From the NCBI GenBank assembly GCA_012295275.1, contig CM022674.1:1674001-1738000 (forward strand): a DNA stretch of 64,000 nt, given 5' to 3'. The DNA is from Chrysomallon squamiferum (taxonomy: Eukaryota; Animalia; Mollusca). The translations under genes and the position numbers were made by a program. Positions 1 through 14,848 of this stretch are shown piece by piece. Numbering within the stretch: position 1 is the first letter of the stretch; the number at the start of each line of letters is the position of its first letter. Under the pieces are notes generated by a model, which saw only the letters and a program-made list of their open reading frames with translations, was not told where the DNA came from and made no database searches.

Positions 1-559
1 CAGAATTCAAAATATTCTTGTTAAAAATGTGCTGGCTATTATGTTTTTTTTATCCAAAAGGGATATTAGAAGTTTAAGTCTACTGAATTGTTAAGAATTA
101 TTTAATTATAATTATCTTTTGTAGCAAAATCATTGAAATCTCTTGGATCATATTATAAGTATATATATTTGTCATTTATGGTAAAGATATCATTTTAAAA
201 AGTCTCTTGAGTAACATTACATTTTTATATTAAGTTGTGGTGTATAATTTTATTATTTCATTAAACACTATAGGCATTAGACAGACATTATATGAAATTA
301 CAGATATACTGTTATTCTAATATTCTAAGATAATTCTTTGTAACATGCTGATATGACACCGATATTATTATCTGTAAATATCGTTGTGCTAAACCTTTAA
401 GCTTTATTATTTGTTTATAACAATTACGTTTGATCCAAAGTTAAATATTGTTTTACCAAAAAAACAGTTTTAAATATAAAGATTGTTTTCATGTTAAACT
501 GTGTAGACTGTAACAATTGATTTTGATTAATTAATAAATATAATTTCTCTAAAATATTT

Positions 560-1140
560 TACATGTAGAAGATTGTTTTACAATGGTATACCATAATAAT
601 TTCACTGCTTAAATATAACAAATGTGTTTATGGTGATATTTTTAGGGTTGTTAACTATTGCTGTTTGTAAAATATCTTTTTTGCCTAAGAGCTTCTTAAT
701 TTCAGACTAATATTACTGCTGTAATGTACTCGTTTTTATGGAGCTGTCTTTTAGATTGCTAATCATTGCTGTTTGTAAAGTATTTTAAATCTGAAACGTT
801 TTTTAATATAATAATAATTTCAGACTAATTTTTCACTGCTTAAATACAGTGATTTTATGCAGTAATGTTTTAAGACTGTTTCTCATAGCTGTTAGTAAAA
901 TAATTTAAATATAAAACAAAATTTCTTAATACAATAAAAAATAACAAATTTTAAAAAAAAATTTTGCACAATTCAGTTTTATAGAATATTAACTGTTAGT
1001 AAAATATATTAAATCTGACAGACTTTCTTAATAATTTGATAATTTTATATTATAAATATTGTAGATTTAAGCAGCTGAGTTCTGTAGAATATCAACCATT
1101 GCTATTATTAAACTACTTTAAAACTTAAAAAGCAATTTAG
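560..1140. repeat. Degenerate ~110-bp tandem repeat, about 5 copies
   Basis: ctgtt(t/a)gtaaa recurs near 660, 769, 888, 993; aatttcagactaat and ttcactgcttaaata each occur twice. Confidence 0.55.
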
Positions 1141-2121
1141 CAGAATGATATCAGAGAAATTTAACCAAATAAACACCGTCCTTCTGCTTTCTTCATTTTG
1201 ATGGCTTCTTCAGTATCTCTTTTAAAAGATTTTAAAACAAATATACTGTTTTTAAAACATGTCACTAAATTGATTCGTTCATCTGAACACATTTCTCCGA
1301 GTGCAAAGCACTGACGCAAGCCAAATTTGAATTTTATATGCTGCCAACCGTCACAGCATCACCAGAATATTTTAATTCTAAACAGTTTTATCCCAGACAG
1401 AGATAACAAATTGATATGACCATCCAACCATATTGTCTTAATCCATCACTATTACTTATCTCAGCTCCAGCCAGCCTCATTTCACACAGAAATACCAAAC
1501 TAACACGAACCATTGAGAGTATCATAGTATATTGTTATTACTGAAAAATATCTTAATTCTAAATAATTTTTATTTTACGCAGAAATACCAAAGTAATCTT
1601 TCTATTTAACAATATCATTCTATGCTTTATTTATTTATTTATTCCTGTTACTTAAAATATTTTAATTCTAAATAATTTTAATTTTATTTAGAAATTCCAA
1701 AGTAATATTACTGTGTGAAAAGTATTGTTATTATGACTTTATACGTCACTGTTGTTTTACCTCTAAGCGATAACAAATTAATCTGACCCTCTAACCAATG
1801 TTGTATGTCTCTTTTATCCATCATTAATACTTGTTTTAATTCCAACCAAATTTTTATTTTACGTAGACATAGCCAAACTAGCCTTGCCTCATAACTGACA
1901 ATTTTTGTACCAAAGTTTTACCATTCGGGGATGGATTGTCCAGTTTTCGGTTTAAGAGTTGACGATGTTACACCAATACTGTGTTGAGTGCAAAAACTGA
2001 CAGTGACTTCATTGTGTTCAATCAAGTTGTTCTAAGTTGTATGGATTTTGTTAAATAGCTGTAACAGGCCTAGTAAGGCAGGATTTTATGTACGTCTAAA
2101 AACGGACTGTAACGCTGCAAA

Positions 2122-2156
2122 ATGGCATCGTTCCTTTCTCTGTTTGGGGGAAATCG
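2122..2156 (+). CDS. Candidate upstream first coding exon of the M28B-family gene (MASFLSLFGGN-R)
   Basis: Strong start context gcaaaATGg; donor cg|GTAAGT in phase 2 fits the acceptor ttccag|T ATG at 19737 (CG+T = Arg, then MPTRG). Lies in a locally GC-richer patch (~1900-2160). A phase match alone is 1-in-3 by chance. Confidence 0.45.
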
Positions 2157-3566
2157 GTAAGTATATTAGACTTTGTTTAGTGATTTTATTATTGAGTCTT
2201 GAGTCATTATTTTAAAACAAATTTAGTTTTTTTTTTTTTTATTTTATTGATACTCCAGATTTTTAATTCTGTTGTACATGATGTGACTGCAGAATTACAG
2301 AATCTCTGGTACCTCATAAAACAGTTTTATCAGTCCAGTTAAAAACCTTGATATGTTCTGATGATACTACAACAAGTTTTATTTTTGTCTTCAGTTGACT
2401 TTGTCCATATCAACAGTGAAGAGACTGATTGAGAAGTCTTTGTAAATAATCATACAAGTTAATTTAGTTCATTGAAGTATGCAGTGGTTTCTTTAATACA
2501 AGTATTTTATCTTTCTGTTGTAATATATTTAGTACCTTATATTAGCTGTTAGTTCTAGTATTTCTACTTATTTATAAATAACATTTTAAAAATAATTCAG
2601 TTTATTAATAAGTAATAAACACCGTCATTTATTTAATTTAAGTTTATTAATATATATCTGCATAATTTATTTAACTATGTAATTTCTTAAATTAGCTGTC
2701 ACTTCAATATATGAATAAATAACATCTTAAAGATCATTCTGTTTATTAATAATAATAATTAATAAACACCAAAGATTTCTTTAACTTAAGTATATTTGTG
2801 TATATCTAAAATAACTTATATATGTATGTAATACCATACATTAGCTATTAATTCAGTATCTTTAAATAACTATTTATAAATTCTAAAGATCATTTAGTTT
2901 ATCAGTAATAATATATAATCAGTAATAATATATACCATTGTATCTTTAACGGAAGTATAGTTATGTATATCTACAGTATAGCTATATTTACTGTTATTTA
3001 TGTAACTATTTAATTCTCTAAATTAGATCTCTGAAAAAGAAATGTACATATCAAAGAACATTTACTGAATTAATAATATATATATATCTTTAACATAAAT
3101 ATATTATGTCTATTTATTATTAATTTAACTCTATAATTCATTAATTTATAACGTTTCAATTTCTCTGTAAATAAAATGTACATATTTAAGATAATTTAAT
3201 TAGTAATAATAATAATAATAATAAAAATCATCATTTATTTATATAAGTATATTTATGTACACCTACTATTATTTATTCAAGAATATAATAGCTCATATTA
3301 TTCATTAACTGAACATCTTTGTAAACATATAACAATACATTTTAATAGCAAGTGTATTAACCCTTCAGATGTCATGGGACTATTTTCTGGGCCAAGAAGA
3401 ACCTAATAAACAATTGTACTGGAAACAAAACTCAGCCAAATATAAACTTTCAAATTCACTAATTAATTCAGTGGGGAATATCAGTGAAACATGGATTTTT
3501 AAATGAACATTGAAAAGTTATATGACCAAAACACAAAACATGGGAATTTTCTAGAGTTTATATCTG

Positions 3567-3599
<33 letters not shown>

Positions 3600-3616
3600 G
3601 TCTGTCTGTCTGTTTG

Positions 3617-3647
<31 letters not shown>

Positions 3648-3972
3648 GTCTGTCTTCTATATATATATATATAGATATACATAGATATATATATTATACA
3701 TACACACACACACATACTATCATTTCTGTATCTTAAGTATGTTTTTATGTATGATAAATATTATCATATGTCTTGTATATAATAACTCAGATTAATTATT
3801 AATTGACTTTGTAAATAAACTAATTTTATATTTTAATGATAAATCAATTTACTAATACATATACTGTCTTTTTTTGTCATTAGTATATTTTATTATACCC
3901 TATTATTAATATATAAAATGTCTTCTTCTTTGTGTTGTTAGCATATTTTATGATACCCTACTCATAAATTCA

Positions 3973-4009
<37 letters not shown>

Positions 4010-4382
4010 CACATATAAGTTTATTTGTTTTTGTAAATATATAAATCAATATATTAACCATCATTTCTTTAACATAAATATATTAATGTGTGGTATGTAT
4101 TTTCCTGTATATAATTCAGATTAGTCATAAACTCACTTGTTCTTGTAACCATGTAATCATGTTGCCAGATAATGGCAAATATTTGTATGTATGTATGTAT
4201 GTATGTATATATGTATGTATGTGTCCATGTGTTTGGAGTGTGTGAAGGATTCTTTTTGAATATTATATAAGTGGTTTGTGTAAATACATTTGGATGACTG
4301 ACTGACTGTCATTTTACTAAAAAGTTTTAAAAAAAACTAAACAAATTCTAACTCAACTATAAGCTGCATTCATGTTTGTAAA

Positions 4383-4593
4383 ATTTTTGACAATCCTTTT
4401 AACTAGAAAAACTTTTTTTTTTTTTTTTTTTTTTGGTTTTTAAATTTGTGATTAAGGATCAAGTTCTCAGAGCAGAACCAAACAACATCTCTGTTTTTTT
4501 TTTATCTTCCAGTATAATCCAAGTTAAACGAACAAAATTTCAGACGATTTTTTAAAATTACTTTCTTTCTCAATTGTAATTTGTCTCACCTAT
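4383..4593 (+). repeat. Left arm of a ~210-bp imperfect inverted repeat
   Basis: atttttgacaatccttttaac...aagttctcagagcagaa...tcttccagtataatc...ttgtaatttgtct is the reverse complement of 7009-7219 with scattered mismatches. Confidence 0.9.
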
Positions 4594-5832
4594 TTTATGA
4601 CTACATATATATTTTTTCTTAGCTCTGCTTGTAGACAATAAAGATATAAACAAGCACAAAAAAAAAAAAAAAGAACCTAACAAGAATAAATAAAACAAAC
4701 AAACACACATTAAACACATTTTTAAATCGTTTACATTCTTGCAATTTATTTTTTGTTTTGTTTTTCACCCAGATTGTAAGAGTATCCATGAATACAAAAC
4801 ACTGAAAGATCCTGATCTAACAATACATCTTTTAACACAAGATTTTATAAGCATTATCGCTATTACAAAGCAGCTTCAGCAAACAGGCTGACAACCTCAT
4901 AACAGCAAATTTTTTTTTGGGGGGGGGGACATTTGAGGATTCTGCTGCAAGCACTCGATATATATTCATGTATGCAGAATCCCAGACAAGCTGTTTATCT
5001 GCCTTGTCTTTGCAAAACGACTCTTTGGTTATCTCATTGTTTTAATTCAATGGTAGATATTCATCTCAAGTTTGACAGACAGAAGACACTCTGGTAACAA
5101 AGAAAGAATTGAAAAATGGCGTATTTGAACCGTATTTGTGAAATCTTCGTGCGTTTTCTTCAGTGTGTTTCTTTGCTGTTTTCCTTTATTGTTAGCCAAG
5201 GTTGGAAGCCAGTATCATGTAAAGCAAGGACTTTTTTTTAGCTCTTTTATGTGTAACGTTTTTTTTTTTTTTTTGATTTCAGAAGTGAGTTAAATATATT
5301 TTAATAGTTTTTATATATATATATTTTGTTGTTGTTGTCCAAAAAAAAAAAAAGAATGAAATAAAGCTAAAAAATCACATTAATTAATCAAGTTAAAAAA
5401 TGTAAAATAAAAATAATAATAATAAGAGAAAGAAGAAGAAGAAAATGAAAATCAGTAGAAAAAAAAAAACAGATAAAAAATAAAAAATCACAAATACATT
5501 CCAAAAATACTCATTTAAAATTTAAAAAAAAAGATAAAAAAAAAAATAAAAAGAAAGAAAGAAAACAGTATTAGAAAAAAGCAAAAAAAACAACACAACA
5601 GTAATAACAAAAACAAAATATACGAAAGAAAAAGACACAATTTAGTGATACAATCAAGAACAGCACCATTTACACCAACCTTCAAGAACTGTACAGTTGT
5701 ATTGTCAAAAACCTATTGGATTTTTCAAACCTCTGTGGATTTCTTTAATGAAAACATTTGAATGTTTGTACAGTCAAATAAATATTGACAGAAATGAATA
5801 TCTCCATTTTTTGTCATTTCTTTTTTAAGCCT

Positions 5833-5863
<31 letters not shown>

Positions 5864-6556
5864 CTATGAACAAAATATCCAAACAAGATGAATATTACCA
5901 TTTTCCAGCAGATCTCGTTTTTGTCGTCTCCAAATCTCTGAGGAGTTTGCTGCATGTTATTATTACAGTCTCCAAATGGAAGCATTTCATGTTAAAATGG
6001 AGAACAAATGAGATATTATATCATAGTAATTGAGATATTATATCATATAAATTTTTCAGCGTCGTGCAATAGCCCTAGGGTGACTTAATAATTTAAAAGA
6101 AATGGATAGAAAAAAAGAAGAAAAAAGAATAGAAATTTGTGTGAAAGCTTTTCCACTTTTTGTGTCCTTTACATGTTTTATTTTTTATTTTTTATTTTAT
6201 TGCTGGTTTGTTTTGGTTTTGTTTGGACTTCTGTTTTTTTTTTTTTTTTTTTAGTTTTAGTTTTTTTTATTCAGTTTTGTTGAAAATTGTTGTTATTAGT
6301 GTATTAATTTCAGGACAAACTTTTTACATTTAGTTAAAAATCTTTTTCTTTTCTTATTTTTTTTTTTTTTTTTCCCTTAGGATTTTATTAAACATTTCAC
6401 TCTTTGTTAAATTCACTTGTATTTATTTCTTTCTCTTTATTTCTCCTTCTTTCCCTTTCTTTCTCTTTTTTCTCTCTCTATCTTTCTTATTCTACATCTC
6501 TCCTTTTCACTATCTCCACATAGAAACACATACATATTTACTACCTGTTTGTTTAT

Positions 6557-6581
6557 CTAGACAGAGAGAGAGATTAGAGAG

Positions 6582-6638
<57 letters not shown>

Positions 6639-6660
6639 AGACAGTCAGTCAGAGAGAGAA

Positions 6661-6737
<77 letters not shown>

Positions 6738-6770
6738 AAAGAGAGAGAGAGAGCAGAGAGACAGAGAAAT

Positions 6771-6820
<50 letters not shown>
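6557..6820. repeat. (AG)n compound microsatellite
   Basis: Seen directly; one of dozens of (AG/CT)n, (AC/GT)n, (AT)n, (AAT)n and (ATTT)n tracts in the window. Confidence 0.97.
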
Positions 6821-6821
<1 letters not shown>

Positions 6822-7008
6822 AGAAAAAGAAACAAACAGAAAAAAAGCAACAAAGAGATGGAGATAAAGACAGACAGACAGAATTATTCCAACTAAATAA
6901 ATATAAAAAGCAAAATACAAGCAAGGCTGTGGCATTTTAAGCCAGCAGGCAGAATTCTAGTCTGGACATTTTGACTTGTGCTTTCAGTTCTTCTTACAGT
7001 TGTCTTCC

Positions 7009-7219
7009 ATAGGCAAGACAAATTACAACTGAGAAAGAATGTAATTTTTGAGAATCATCTGAATTTTTGTTTGTTTAACTTTGATTATACTGGAAGATAA
7101 AAAAAACCCAGAGATGTTGTTTGATTCTGCTCTGAGAACTTGATTCTTAATCATAAATTTTAACACCAAAAAAAAAAAAAAAAAAAAAGTTTTTTCTTGT
7201 TAAAAGGATTGTCAAAAAT
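7009..7219 (-). repeat. Right arm of a ~210-bp imperfect inverted repeat
   Basis: agacaaattacaac...gattatactggaaga...tctgctctgagaacttga...taaaaggattgtcaaaaat pairs with 4383-4593. Confidence 0.9.
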
Positions 7220-7510
7220 CATCATGACATTACATTTCTATGTTTAAATTAACTTACAAGTAAACAAAATAAACATTATCATCGATGATTTTTTAAAAAA
7301 TATTTTTAAAAAAATCAATTAAAATGAGTAAAGATGATAACAAAAAAAAATCAGTTGTTGCTTTTTGCAAAGAAAGTGTGATCACTTGCTCGCAAATAAA
7401 GTGACTTATGGGACCTTTTGTGGAAACAGGTCTCATTTTATATCCAAAAAAAAAAAAAACATTTACACTCATTGAGATCAATAATGGATGAAGTTAATTT
7501 CGTTGTTTTT

Positions 7511-7541
<31 letters not shown>

Positions 7542-8814
7542 CTCACACAGTCCCTATGAAGCATGTCTTGTGTTCAATATGCGTGGTACAAAAATATCAG
7601 ACAAAAACAAAGTTTTACAGCTTTTATTATTATTTTTTCATTTTTATTATTTCTTTATTTTTTTATGATTATTATTATTATTTTTATTTTTTTGTTTTTT
7701 ATTGTTTTACGGATGGCAAGAAAGTACAGTCTAAGTGCAGCATTTTGTTTCTGAGCTGGTTTCTCTGGCTGAAGGAAAACACGGTCGGTCGCGCATGGTT
7801 TGATCTTGTTCAAGATGGCTGCCATGCTTGGTAGATCATGACCAGATGTGATAATGAAGGAAATTTTTTTTTTTATTATTTTTTTTTATTATTATTATTA
7901 TTTTTTTTTTTTTTTTTGTGCCTCTCAGTACTTATTGATGTTTGTGGTAATTTAGTGTTTGTCATAAGTGTCTTGGTTGATGATTATTTGAAGGAGAAAG
8001 ATGAAAACTGATGTAAAATAACCAACAGAGAAATAAGAAATGAATCAGGGAGATGTTGATATTGTCCATCAGTGGTATTTTCCTGCATCATTCATATTTG
8101 TTCATTTCCATTAATATCTATCTGTTATTACTATCATTATCATCATCATCATCATCATCATCAACCATTATTACTATTATTGTTGTTGTTGTTGTTGTTG
8201 TTATTACTATTACTATTACTGTTATTATTATTATTATTACTATTATGATTATTATTATTATTACTGCTGCTGCTGCTGCTGCTGTGTTGTTGTTGTTGTG
8301 TTGTTGTTGTTGTTGTTGTTGTTGTTATATACTTCAATAATTTCAACATTAGTTATCCAAAAAATGCAAGACCTCCACATTAAGATAAAAGAAACCAGTT
8401 GTACTGTTCTGTTTGTTTATTTTATTTTTTAGCAAAAAGATATCTTTTATTTGAACCTTTCCATAGACAGGACAGAGAATACTATTGTCTGTAATATATA
8501 TGTGTTTGGAATGGGAAATATTTATAGACATGCTCAGTGTTCTAATCACTGAGATAAATTACCTGTGTTCCTTGTAACAAAAACTAAGTGTGTATGGGGG
8601 TGTATGTATTTGTGTGTATGTTTGTGTGTGTATTATTATGTGTGTGTGTGGATGGATAGAGAGAATAAGAAAAAGAAAGAAAAAAGAAATGCAGAAACAG
8701 AAAAAAGTGCTAGAGAGTGAGAGAGAATAAATAAATAAATAAATGCAAAAGTAGTCTGGGTAACATAATAAATATTTACATTGTTATAAATCTGTCAGTT
8801 TCTTATACATAAAT

Positions 8815-9124
8815 AAAAAGTATGGCATAGTAAAACATTTGTGACATCATATTAAAATGTCTGACACAGTAAAACATTTATTACATCATATTAAAATGTA
8901 TGACAGTAAAACATTTATGACATCATATTAAAATGTATGACACAGTAAAACATTTATGACATCATATTAATAAAATGTATGACATAGTAAAACATTTTTG
9001 TGACATATTAAAATATATGACACAGTAAAACATTTATGACATCCTATGAATAAAATGTATGACACAGTAAAACATTTATGACATCATATTAATAAAAAAA
9101 AATATGACAGTAAAATATTTATGA
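8815..9124. repeat. Minisatellite, ~39-bp unit (aaaatgtatgacacagtaaaacatttatgacatcatatt), about 8 copies
   Basis: Tandem units read directly. Confidence 0.9.
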
Positions 9125-9234
9125 GGTAATATAGAGAATGAGAATAAGAGAAAAAAGAATCAAGTGTGAGAGACAGAAAAACACAGTCTGACAGAAATAT
9201 AAAAAAAAAAAAAAAAAAAAAAAAAACTTAATAA

Positions 9235-9272
<38 letters not shown>

Positions 9273-10179
9273 AAAGTAAAGAAACCAAATGTGAAAACAA
9301 GTAAAGCAGAAAAAAAAATTGAGTAAAACAGTTTGAAAGGAAATGTTTTTACAAAAGACTGTCCGAAAACAACTTTGATGTGTACAGAAATCAAAATCGT
9401 ACGACTAAACAAGTCGGAATTAAGAGTCTCTGTATGGAAATTGAAACACCCGCTGATAATACATTGCACATCACTACATCTGATTGGTTATTGAAGCAGT
9501 CGAAATCAATCATGCGTGCCGTTTTTATCATTGATGTCTAGTTATCAGGAAGTTTCAGTGGCCATAACCAGATACAGTTTCCAGGATGAAGGAAGAATTA
9601 ATAAGGATAGTTTTCATTTCACGTTTGCTTGTTAATTAATTAAATGTAATTTCCCAATTTCTTTTATTAGGGATAAATGAATATAGAAAGGCTGCCTGAT
9701 GGATGAATAGAGAGACGCACAGATGGATGGAATGGATAGATGTTACAGACACTAAAAATAGATATTGTAAAATGATTACAATAGATTTTTATTATTATTA
9801 TTTATTTGTTATTATTTTATTTATTTATTTGTTGTTTATTTTATTTTGTTTTTTGTTATTTTATTTATTTATTTATTTATTTATTTATATACATTATTAT
9901 TATTATTATTATTTATTAATTTATTTATTTACTTGTTTTATATTATTATTTATTCATTTATTATTCATTTATTTATTTATTTATTTATTTATTTACAAAA
10001 CAGATAACTATCATATATAGATAGGCTTTAAAGATTTTTTTTTTATTTTTTTTTTTTTTTTGGAACAAATATCAAAAATAGAAGGCAATTTAGAAAAAAA
10101 TTCTTGAGGCTCCAATTTTAATCATTGAACTGGCATCCAAGTTTGGTAACCTAGATGATTAGTCTCAAAGACAATTACT

Positions 10180-10535
10180 GCTAGACTGTCTTCATGTCAT
10201 TACTGTGCTATTTCACAAGTGCTGTGGTCTGTCTTTATGAACCTTCTAAATCATTTCACAAGTAGTCTAGACTGTGTTTGTGTCAATTCTAAATCATTTC
10301 CTAAGTGCACTAGATTGTATTTGTGTCAGATCTAAATCATTTTCACAAGTTTACTAGACTGGATTCCTGTCAGTTCTGAATCATTTTTCCACAAGTTTAC
10401 TAGACTGGATTCCTGTCAGTTCTGAATCATTTCCCCCCCACACACAAGTTTACTAGACTGGATTGTTGTCAGTTCTAAATCATTTTCAAAAGTTTACTAG
10501 TTTCATGTGGGTTCTAAATCATTTCATGTCATTTC
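10180..10535. repeat. Minisatellite, ~40-45-bp unit (ttcacaagtttactagactggattcctgtcagttctgaatcatt), about 8 copies
   Basis: Tandem units read directly. Confidence 0.85.
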
Positions 10536-11623
10536 TAGTCAGTTTTCACTGCTCTATTACACTGCATTTATTTTAATTCTGTTAACTTATTACTTATTTA
10601 ATGTAGTAGACATTAAGTAAAACTATTCAGTGACAAGTGCAGTTATTCATTTATCAAATATCATTTCATAATTTGTTTGCTTTCCTGTCTATGGGAGGGT
10701 GCATATGAAAAAACACTTACTGCTGATCAACAAACAATAAATAGCCTGTTATGTGGCCAAAAAGGATTATTTCATTATCTGTGTGGTTCTTTATTACATT
10801 ATGAAAGCATATAACCACAGATTTAAAATTTCAAAGTTTAACATTTGTTATATAAAATATTTCTTCTTTTTTTTCATTTCATGAGACAATCCCACGCCAG
10901 TATTGTAAGCCATTGAAGTAAATTAGACTGTCTTCTTGATAACACTACATCATTTTTTTTATTTTTTTTTTAAACTGTTCTAGACTGTCTACTTGTCAAT
11001 ATTGCATTCAACCATGTGAATAATGTATCATCCTTTCTCAGTTCTCTTCCTGACTGTCTTGTTGTTTAATATTATTAATTTTTCAGGACTGTTAGAGGAC
11101 TTTCTCCTTGTCACTACCAAATCACAATTATAGTTCAAACCATTCTAGACTTTATTCACATCATTCGAACACAATTTCTCAATCAAATACCAGACACCAT
11201 AAATATATATAGCATATATGTGTTAATTAAAAATATCTCACTAGAGTTCATACTGTGGCAGGGAAATCAATAGAGAAGAGATTTCGGCGAGAAATCATCT
11301 CTTAAATAACCCTCAGATGTCCTTGGTACAGTATTGTCTAATTCTCAGACTTAATTCCCAGGAACCATGAGAGGTCTTTGGTCATTTCACCAGACAGCAT
11401 CATATCACCAGCCAGACTGACCCAGTCATTTTATTTTAACTTTATTTGCTTCATTTTGCTATTGTTATTATTATTACTAGTTGTTGTTGTTGTTGTCATT
11501 GTTGTTGTTGATGTTATTATTATTATTGTCGTAATTATTGTTGGTAGTAGTATTAGTATTGTTATTGTTATTATTATTATTATTTCTTGAATCTTATGTG
11601 TGCATGTGTGTGTGTGTGTGTGT

Positions 11624-11655
<32 letters not shown>

Positions 11656-13000
11656 TTGTTTGTGAGGTCACAGAATAATCCTTTTAATGATGTAATATTG
11701 TTTATTTACAAATAAAATAACCAAAAATAAAATAAAATTCTATTTTATAATGATCTATTAATCACTTTTATTTATTTTTTTTATCAGTTATTTCATACAA
11801 TCACTATTACACAATACTGTCATTAATCAATATCAGTTTATATTGTTAACATATGTGTATATGTGTTTGTGTGTGTTTTTTCATAACCAAGATATTTTTA
11901 AATGTTGTTTAAACTTCTTAATTATAAATACAAAAAAAAACATAATATGAATGTCAGTCTTTGAATAGAAATATCTCAAATAATAATGATAGCTGTCTCT
12001 TTTGTTTAAGATTTGAAATGAAAAATTGTTTTTTTTTAATTCTAAATACAAATATCTTTCAATTTTATTTATATATTTGAACATGTTTCTTTAAAATGAC
12101 TTTTTTTTGTTTTACTTTCTTTCTTAAAATAAAATCTCAAAATTAATAAGTTGTATTTTATTTTTTTTTTTTTTTTTTGTTGGATTATTCAAACTAAATA
12201 ATTTTGAATATAATCAAAACTGTGCTACATATTTATACTTACGAAATGTCACTGTGATATTTGTCAGTTAATTTCATCTTATTTTTAAACTGAATGAAAT
12301 GGGAAAACTTTAATTTACTTAGAAAAATAAGAAAAAAGAAAAAAAGAATTCTGTAAACATGTTATGAAAGCTCAGTTTTAAGAAAAACATCATCAAAATT
12401 AAGTTAGCCAATAAACGATTTTTATAATTTGATCCATTTGGTCATTAAAACTACAGAAGCAAGATAAAAGGGAATTTTTTATGTTTGTTTTTTTGGCATT
12501 CTGATATAAAACAAAGACATGATTTTGCTAAAAAAAATTATTATTATATTATATACTTTTTTATGATAGAGATTTTTTAAAACAATTTTTTTTAATTTAA
12601 TTTTGTTTTTATTAAATTCATAAAACATGAAAGATAAAGCTGCTGAATTCCCAGTATAAAAGAATTTTCGTTATTCTGGTTTATTTGAAAACTGATGTTG
12701 ACTTTATAAAAAAAATGGTTTAAATGCAATGAAAGGAGAATAAAGAATAACACACACACACATACACACACACATATTTTGCACACATTTACATAAACAC
12801 TCATATACACACAAAAAAAGAAAAGAAAAAAGATAAAAAAAATAAATAAACAAATTAAATATAAGAATATAAATTAATAGGAAGGAATTAAAAAAGAAAG
12901 AAAGAACATTTCCTATTTTTCACCTCATTTCTTATAATTATACTTTAATTTTATTTATTTATTATTACTAATTTTTTATTCTTTATTTATTCTTTTTCTT

Positions 13001-13031
<31 letters not shown>

Positions 13032-13256
13032 ATTATTATTATTTTTATTTATTTATTTTATTTATTTATTTATTTATTTATTTCTATTATTGTTGTTGTT
13101 GTTGTTGTTTCTTCTTATTATTATTATTTATTTATTTATTTAATTACTTATTTATTGGTGTTGTTCTTTTCTTCTTATTCTTATTTTTCTTCTTATTTAT
13201 TTACTTTACTACTTACCTACTTACCTACTTACCTACTTACTTACTTACTTACTTAC

Positions 13257-13287
<31 letters not shown>

Positions 13288-14355
13288 TTACTTTACCACT
13301 AACCAAACATACGAATATATCAAAAGCTGATACTCTGTGAGAAGTGTGATTGTTTAGAATTGCTTTCGTGACACCAGACAGTTACTTCTGTTAATATCGG
13401 CAGTGTTTAGCATCCATCAAACATTCCCGCTGACATCCGCAGTGGTGACTGATTCACTGCGGCCATGTTGTAAGCTTATTACGAGGCTTTTTGTCTTCGA
13501 CTAATAGGGATAATTATTACAAATACCTTTGATCACGTTGTCGTGACTTTTTCTCGTCAAAATGTTTTTTATATGCAGATTCATCTATCATCAGTCGACT
13601 TTCAGCAAGTTATTTGTTTTGTTGTTGCAACAGGACATTAAGTGGAAATAAAAAAAAAAAAACCAGTTATAAATATTAAAGGGTTGGTATTTTTTTTGGT
13701 TCTTTTGGTTTATAGACTGGAAACATTTTGTAATGATGTTAGTTGTATGAGATGGAGGTGTGGCTTCTTCTTTGTCTAAAAATTATTATTTATTTATTTT
13801 TATTTTTATTTTTTTTTATACTTAAGAGAAATGAAAGGTTTAGGTTGAAAATATATTATTTTTAAAGAATAAAGATTTTTTATTAATTTTTTAAATTTTT
13901 TTTTATGATGTTAATTTACTTTGATTGCATGTGATTAGCTATTCAATGGGTTTTGTCATAATGTCTTCTTGATAAGAAGCTGAAAGGAAAAGAAAGATGG
14001 ATGCTTTCTTTTTTCTCTAGAAATAAATGTATTTTGTGTAGGAAATGAAATAATGGCAAATGATGAAAAATCTTATTTTCTTCTGGGTTTTTTTTTTACA
14101 CAGTCTGGCAGCATGTAATGAAGATAATTAGATCAAATTGCATTTCTTAAAAGCATTTGGGAAGTTGTCTGTTCTTTAATGACTGTTTATTTTATTATTT
14201 TTATTTTTATTTATTTTTTCTAATCCATTTTTTCAAAGGAAATAAGCATAAATGAAATGTGAAACAGGAATATTTTTTTTATTTCTTTTGGATGTTAATT
14301 GTAATTATATTAATATAGATCAGATTATTCATGTTAATTAGTATAGGGTAGCCAG

Positions 14356-14398
<43 letters not shown>

Positions 14399-14603
14399 AT
14401 GATCTTATGTAATGAAAGATAATCTTTTTTTCATTTAGGTCAAAAAACAAACAAACAAAAAAACACATTATACAAATATATTCATTAGAAGTAGGATGGG
14501 TTTTTAGATTATTTGTAAAGAAAACCAAATGAAATTAACAAGATTGTTGAATGTTGAAGATTTTTTTTTTTTTGTCTGTCCCTCTTCCTTCACTTCTTTC
14601 TTT

Positions 14604-14604
<1 letters not shown>

Positions 14605-14682
<78 letters not shown>

Positions 14683-14755
14683 GGGTCTATCCTGTTTCTT
14701 TTTCTTTCCTTTTCTATTTCTCTCTTTTTCACACTACCTTTCCTCTTTTGGACTT

Positions 14756-14845
<90 letters not shown>
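14605..14845. repeat. (CT)n microsatellites
   Basis: Seen directly. Confidence 0.97.

Positions 14846-14848
<3 letters not shown>

Noticed and set aside
3357-3550. TTAA-CCCTT, resembling a piggyBac-type terminus
   Set aside because: No matching opposite terminus or transposase remnant found.
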